Shown: piece by piece, positions 14,258 to 16,392 of the stretch
Layout: every line of letters starts with the position of its first letter
Numbering within the stretch: the first letter of the stretch is position 1
NCBI GenBank assembly: GCA_002794465.1
Contig: MTSL01000055.1
Location: forward strand, 1-16,392
Length of the DNA: 16,392 nucleotides
Source: Paramicrosporidium saccamoebae KSL3
Taxonomy: Eukaryota > Fungi > Cryptomycota
Direction of reading: 5' to 3'
Notes under the pieces: model-generated
Told to the model about the DNA's origin: nothing
Database searches by the model: none
Seen by the model: the letters and a program-made list of their open reading frames with translations, nothing else
Made by a program: the position numbers and the translations under genes

Positions 14258-16315
14258 TCAGAGAAGCGGATGCGCATGAAGGTTGGGCACTGGATTCGAC
14301 GAATAGTACTGGAGGGTCTTGTGGGCCTTTTCTGCGATAGCCTCGGGGGTCAGACCAAACTTGCGATACACATCCTTATACGGTCCAGATGCTCCAAAGG
14401 TGGTCATTCCAATGTTCAAATGCGCATACTTTTGCCATCCAAGGGTAGAGAGCGCCTCAACGCTAATGACAGGCACTGTGGGGGGAAGAACGGATTGACG
14501 GTATTCTGACGATTGCTCCTCAAATAGCTCCCAGCATGGCATGGATACTAATCGTACCGAAATATTCTGCGCTTGCAAGAGTTTGGCAGCATTGGCGCAG
14601 ATTGACACTTCGCTTCCCGTACTGACGAGGACCAAGTCTATCTTGCCCGGAGTAAGGTCCTGGAGAATGTAGGCGCCCTTGGCCACTCCCTCGATGGATG
14701 ATCCAGTCAGCTGTGGCAGATTTTGTCGAGAGAGACAGATGACTGAGGGACGGGTGCGATTAATCATAGCCTGCCAATAGGCCCCAGATACTTCGTTTCC
14801 ATCCGCCGGTCTCATTACTAAAATGTTTGGCAGTGCGCGCAGACCGGCGAGAGTCTCAATGGGCTGATGAGTGGGTCCATCCTCGCCCAATCCAATCGAG
14901 TCGTGCGTCATAATGTAAATCACCTGCTGATGGGCGAGACAGCTCAGACGCACACTGCCCAGGCCGTAGCTGATGAAATTGAGAAAAGTGGATGCAAACG
15001 GAATCAGTCCCGAGTAGGCCGACAAGCCGTTGCAAATCCCAAACATGGCGTGTTCACGCACTCCAAAGCGCAGATATCGGCCTGAATAATCGCCCAACTT
15101 TCCCGGCTTTTGAAAGTCCACCGAGGTCTTCCACTTTGTCAGATTAGACGCAGTCAAATCGGCCGATCCACCAATCAACTCTGGCAATTTATCAGCAATT
15201 GCATTCAAAAGGGTTTCAGATAGCTTTCGAGTGGCCACTTCAGCAGATCCCGGTTCATAGTGGGGGAGGAGTGATTGTAGATCATCGGGAAGCTTCTTGG
15301 CCAATCTACGGAGGAGCTCTTCGCCCATATCAGGAAATGTGGTGCAATACGACTGCAGCTTGGCGTTCCATTCTGCCGACAGTTTTGCGCCTCGCTCGCC
15401 GAATTTGCGATAAAAGTCGTATACTGCGGCTGAGACGGTGAACGGTGCTTGGTCTTCCATTCCGAGAGCCTTTTTGACGTTGACAATGTCCTCTGCTCCG
15501 AGCGGCGCTCCGTGGACCTTTTCCGTGCCTTGATTCTTGGAGGAAAATCCAATGGTCGTCCGAATGCTGATCAGACTGGGTCGATCCAATACCTTTTGGG
15601 CCTTTTCAATTGCCTTTGCCATTCCGTCCAGATCGTGGTCACCATCAACAATAACATGACAATCAAACCCATATGCCTCAAACCGCTTTGTTACATTTTC
15701 CGAAAAGGCCAAGTCAGTCCCGCCGTCAATGGAAATCTGATTGTCATCATACAGAAAGATCAACTTGCCTAGCCCCAAGTGGCCTGCCATTGAACACGCT
15801 TCGCTAGCTATCCCCTCCATCATGCAGCCATCACCCAAGACTACATATGTGAAATTGTCCACCAGAGTCATGTCGCTTCGGTTAAAGGTGGCCGCCATAT
15901 TTGCCTCTGCAATCGCCAACCCCACTCCGTTGGCTGCTCCCTGTCCAAGCGGACCAGTTGTCACTTCTATACCCGGTGTCATGTGCGACTCGGGATGTCC
16001 AGGCAGCTTGCTGTCCAGATGACGGAATTGCTTGACATCTTCCATCTTGACGTCGTAGCCCAGCAGATGCAGCATTGCATATTGCAACGCACAGGCATGT
16101 CCATTCGAGAGGACAAATCTATCGCGTCCCATCCATAGCGGGTTTTTCGGGTCGGCCCGGATAAAGCGTGTAAAGAGGACGTGTGCCAACGGGGCCAGGC
16201 CCATAGGGGCTCCCGGATGACCCGAATTGGCCTGCTGTACCATTTCTGCCGCCAACACTCGGATTGTGTTGATGCATTTCCAGTCTATCTCTCCAAACAT
16301 GCCGTCTGTCGTCAT
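14258..16315 (-). CDS. TKL1: Transketolase, 685 aa
   Basis: ANSGHPGAPMG, RDRFVLSNGHACALQY, TTGPLGQG, TPP motif GDGCMMEG...LYDDN, FGVREHAM, THDSIGLGEDGPTHQPIE. Confidence 0.98.
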   Translation of the reverse strand: MTTDGMFGEIDWKCINTIRVLAAEMVQQANSGHPGAPMGLAPLAHVLFTRFIRADPKNPLWMGRDRFVLSNGHACALQYAMLHLLGYDVKMEDVKQFRHLDSKLPGHPESHMTPGIEVTTGPLGQGAANGVGLAIAEANMAATFNRSDMTLVDNFTYVVLGDGCMMEGIASEACSMAGHLGLGKLIFLYDDNQISIDGGTDLAFSENVTKRFEAYGFDCHVIVDGDHDLDGMAKAIEKAQKVLDRPSLISIRTTIGFSSKNQGTEKVHGAPLGAEDIVNVKKALGMEDQAPFTVSAAVYDFYRKFGERGAKLSAEWNAKLQSYCTTFPDMGEELLRRLAKKLPDDLQSLLPHYEPGSAEVATRKLSETLLNAIADKLPELIGGSADLTASNLTKWKTSVDFQKPGKLGDYSGRYLRFGVREHAMFGICNGLSAYSGLIPFASTFLNFISYGLGSVRLSCLAHQQVIYIMTHDSIGLGEDGPTHQPIETLAGLRALPNILVMRPADGNEVSGAYWQAMINRTRPSVICLSRQNLPQLTGSSIEGVAKGAYILQDLTPGKIDLVLVSTGSEVSICANAAKLLQAQNISVRLVSMPCWELFEEQSSEYRQSVLPPTVPVISVEALSTLGWQKYAHLNIGMTTFGASGPYKDVYRKFGLTPEAIAEKAHKTLQYYSSNPVPNLHAHPLL

Positions 16316-16392
16316 TAATTACGCGATATCGCAAATATTATTAAGCTGTGAGATGATATATAACTATGGACCAGGGAGTCCAAAGTCCAAAA

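Noticed and set aside
16323-16332. 10-bp palindromes GCGATATCGC (upstream of transketolase) and ACAGCGCTGT (7204-7213)
   Set aside because: Single occurrences; palindromes of this length are expected by chance in 16 kb.
1-16392. tRNA, rRNA, snRNA, transposase or a functional gene cluster
   Set aside because: No T-loop/cloverleaf, rRNA, snRNA or transposase signatures were seen, and the neighbouring genes are functionally unrelated.

Overview
Very compact eukaryotic (fungal-like/opisthokont) DNA with 12 protein-coding genes in 16.4 kb. In order: cyclin K/T-like (+), class I CPD photolyase (-), WD40-TPR-WD40 DCAF (-), pyruvate dehydrogenase E1 beta (+), 6-TM voltage-gated K+ channel (-), MSS4/RABIF (-), RPB11 (-), a signal-peptide plus TM-anchored EEP-fold protein lacking catalytic residues (-), a GIGYF-like GYF protein (+), UTP4 (+), complex I subunit NDUFA7 (+, not visible as a single ORF) and transketolase (-). 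Six genes need 28-35 nt GTA...TAG micro-introns (9 inferred by hand), so the ORF track mis-models them. Spacers run from a 4-nt overlap to 455 bp. Four head-to-tail spacers carry short degenerate tandem arrays, and the two flanking UTP4 are related in inverted orientation. Tiny introns, extreme compaction and a retained respiratory mitochondrion (PDH presequence, complex I subunit) suggest an early-diverging Rozellomycota or short-branch microsporidian such as Paramicrosporidium; this is inference only. Best candidates for novelty: the surface pseudo-EEP, the Kv channel with a TVGLG filter and KcsA-type pore glutamate, and the intergenic arrays with a recurring ATTTAGCA motif. All splicing and family calls are by eye; no searches were run.
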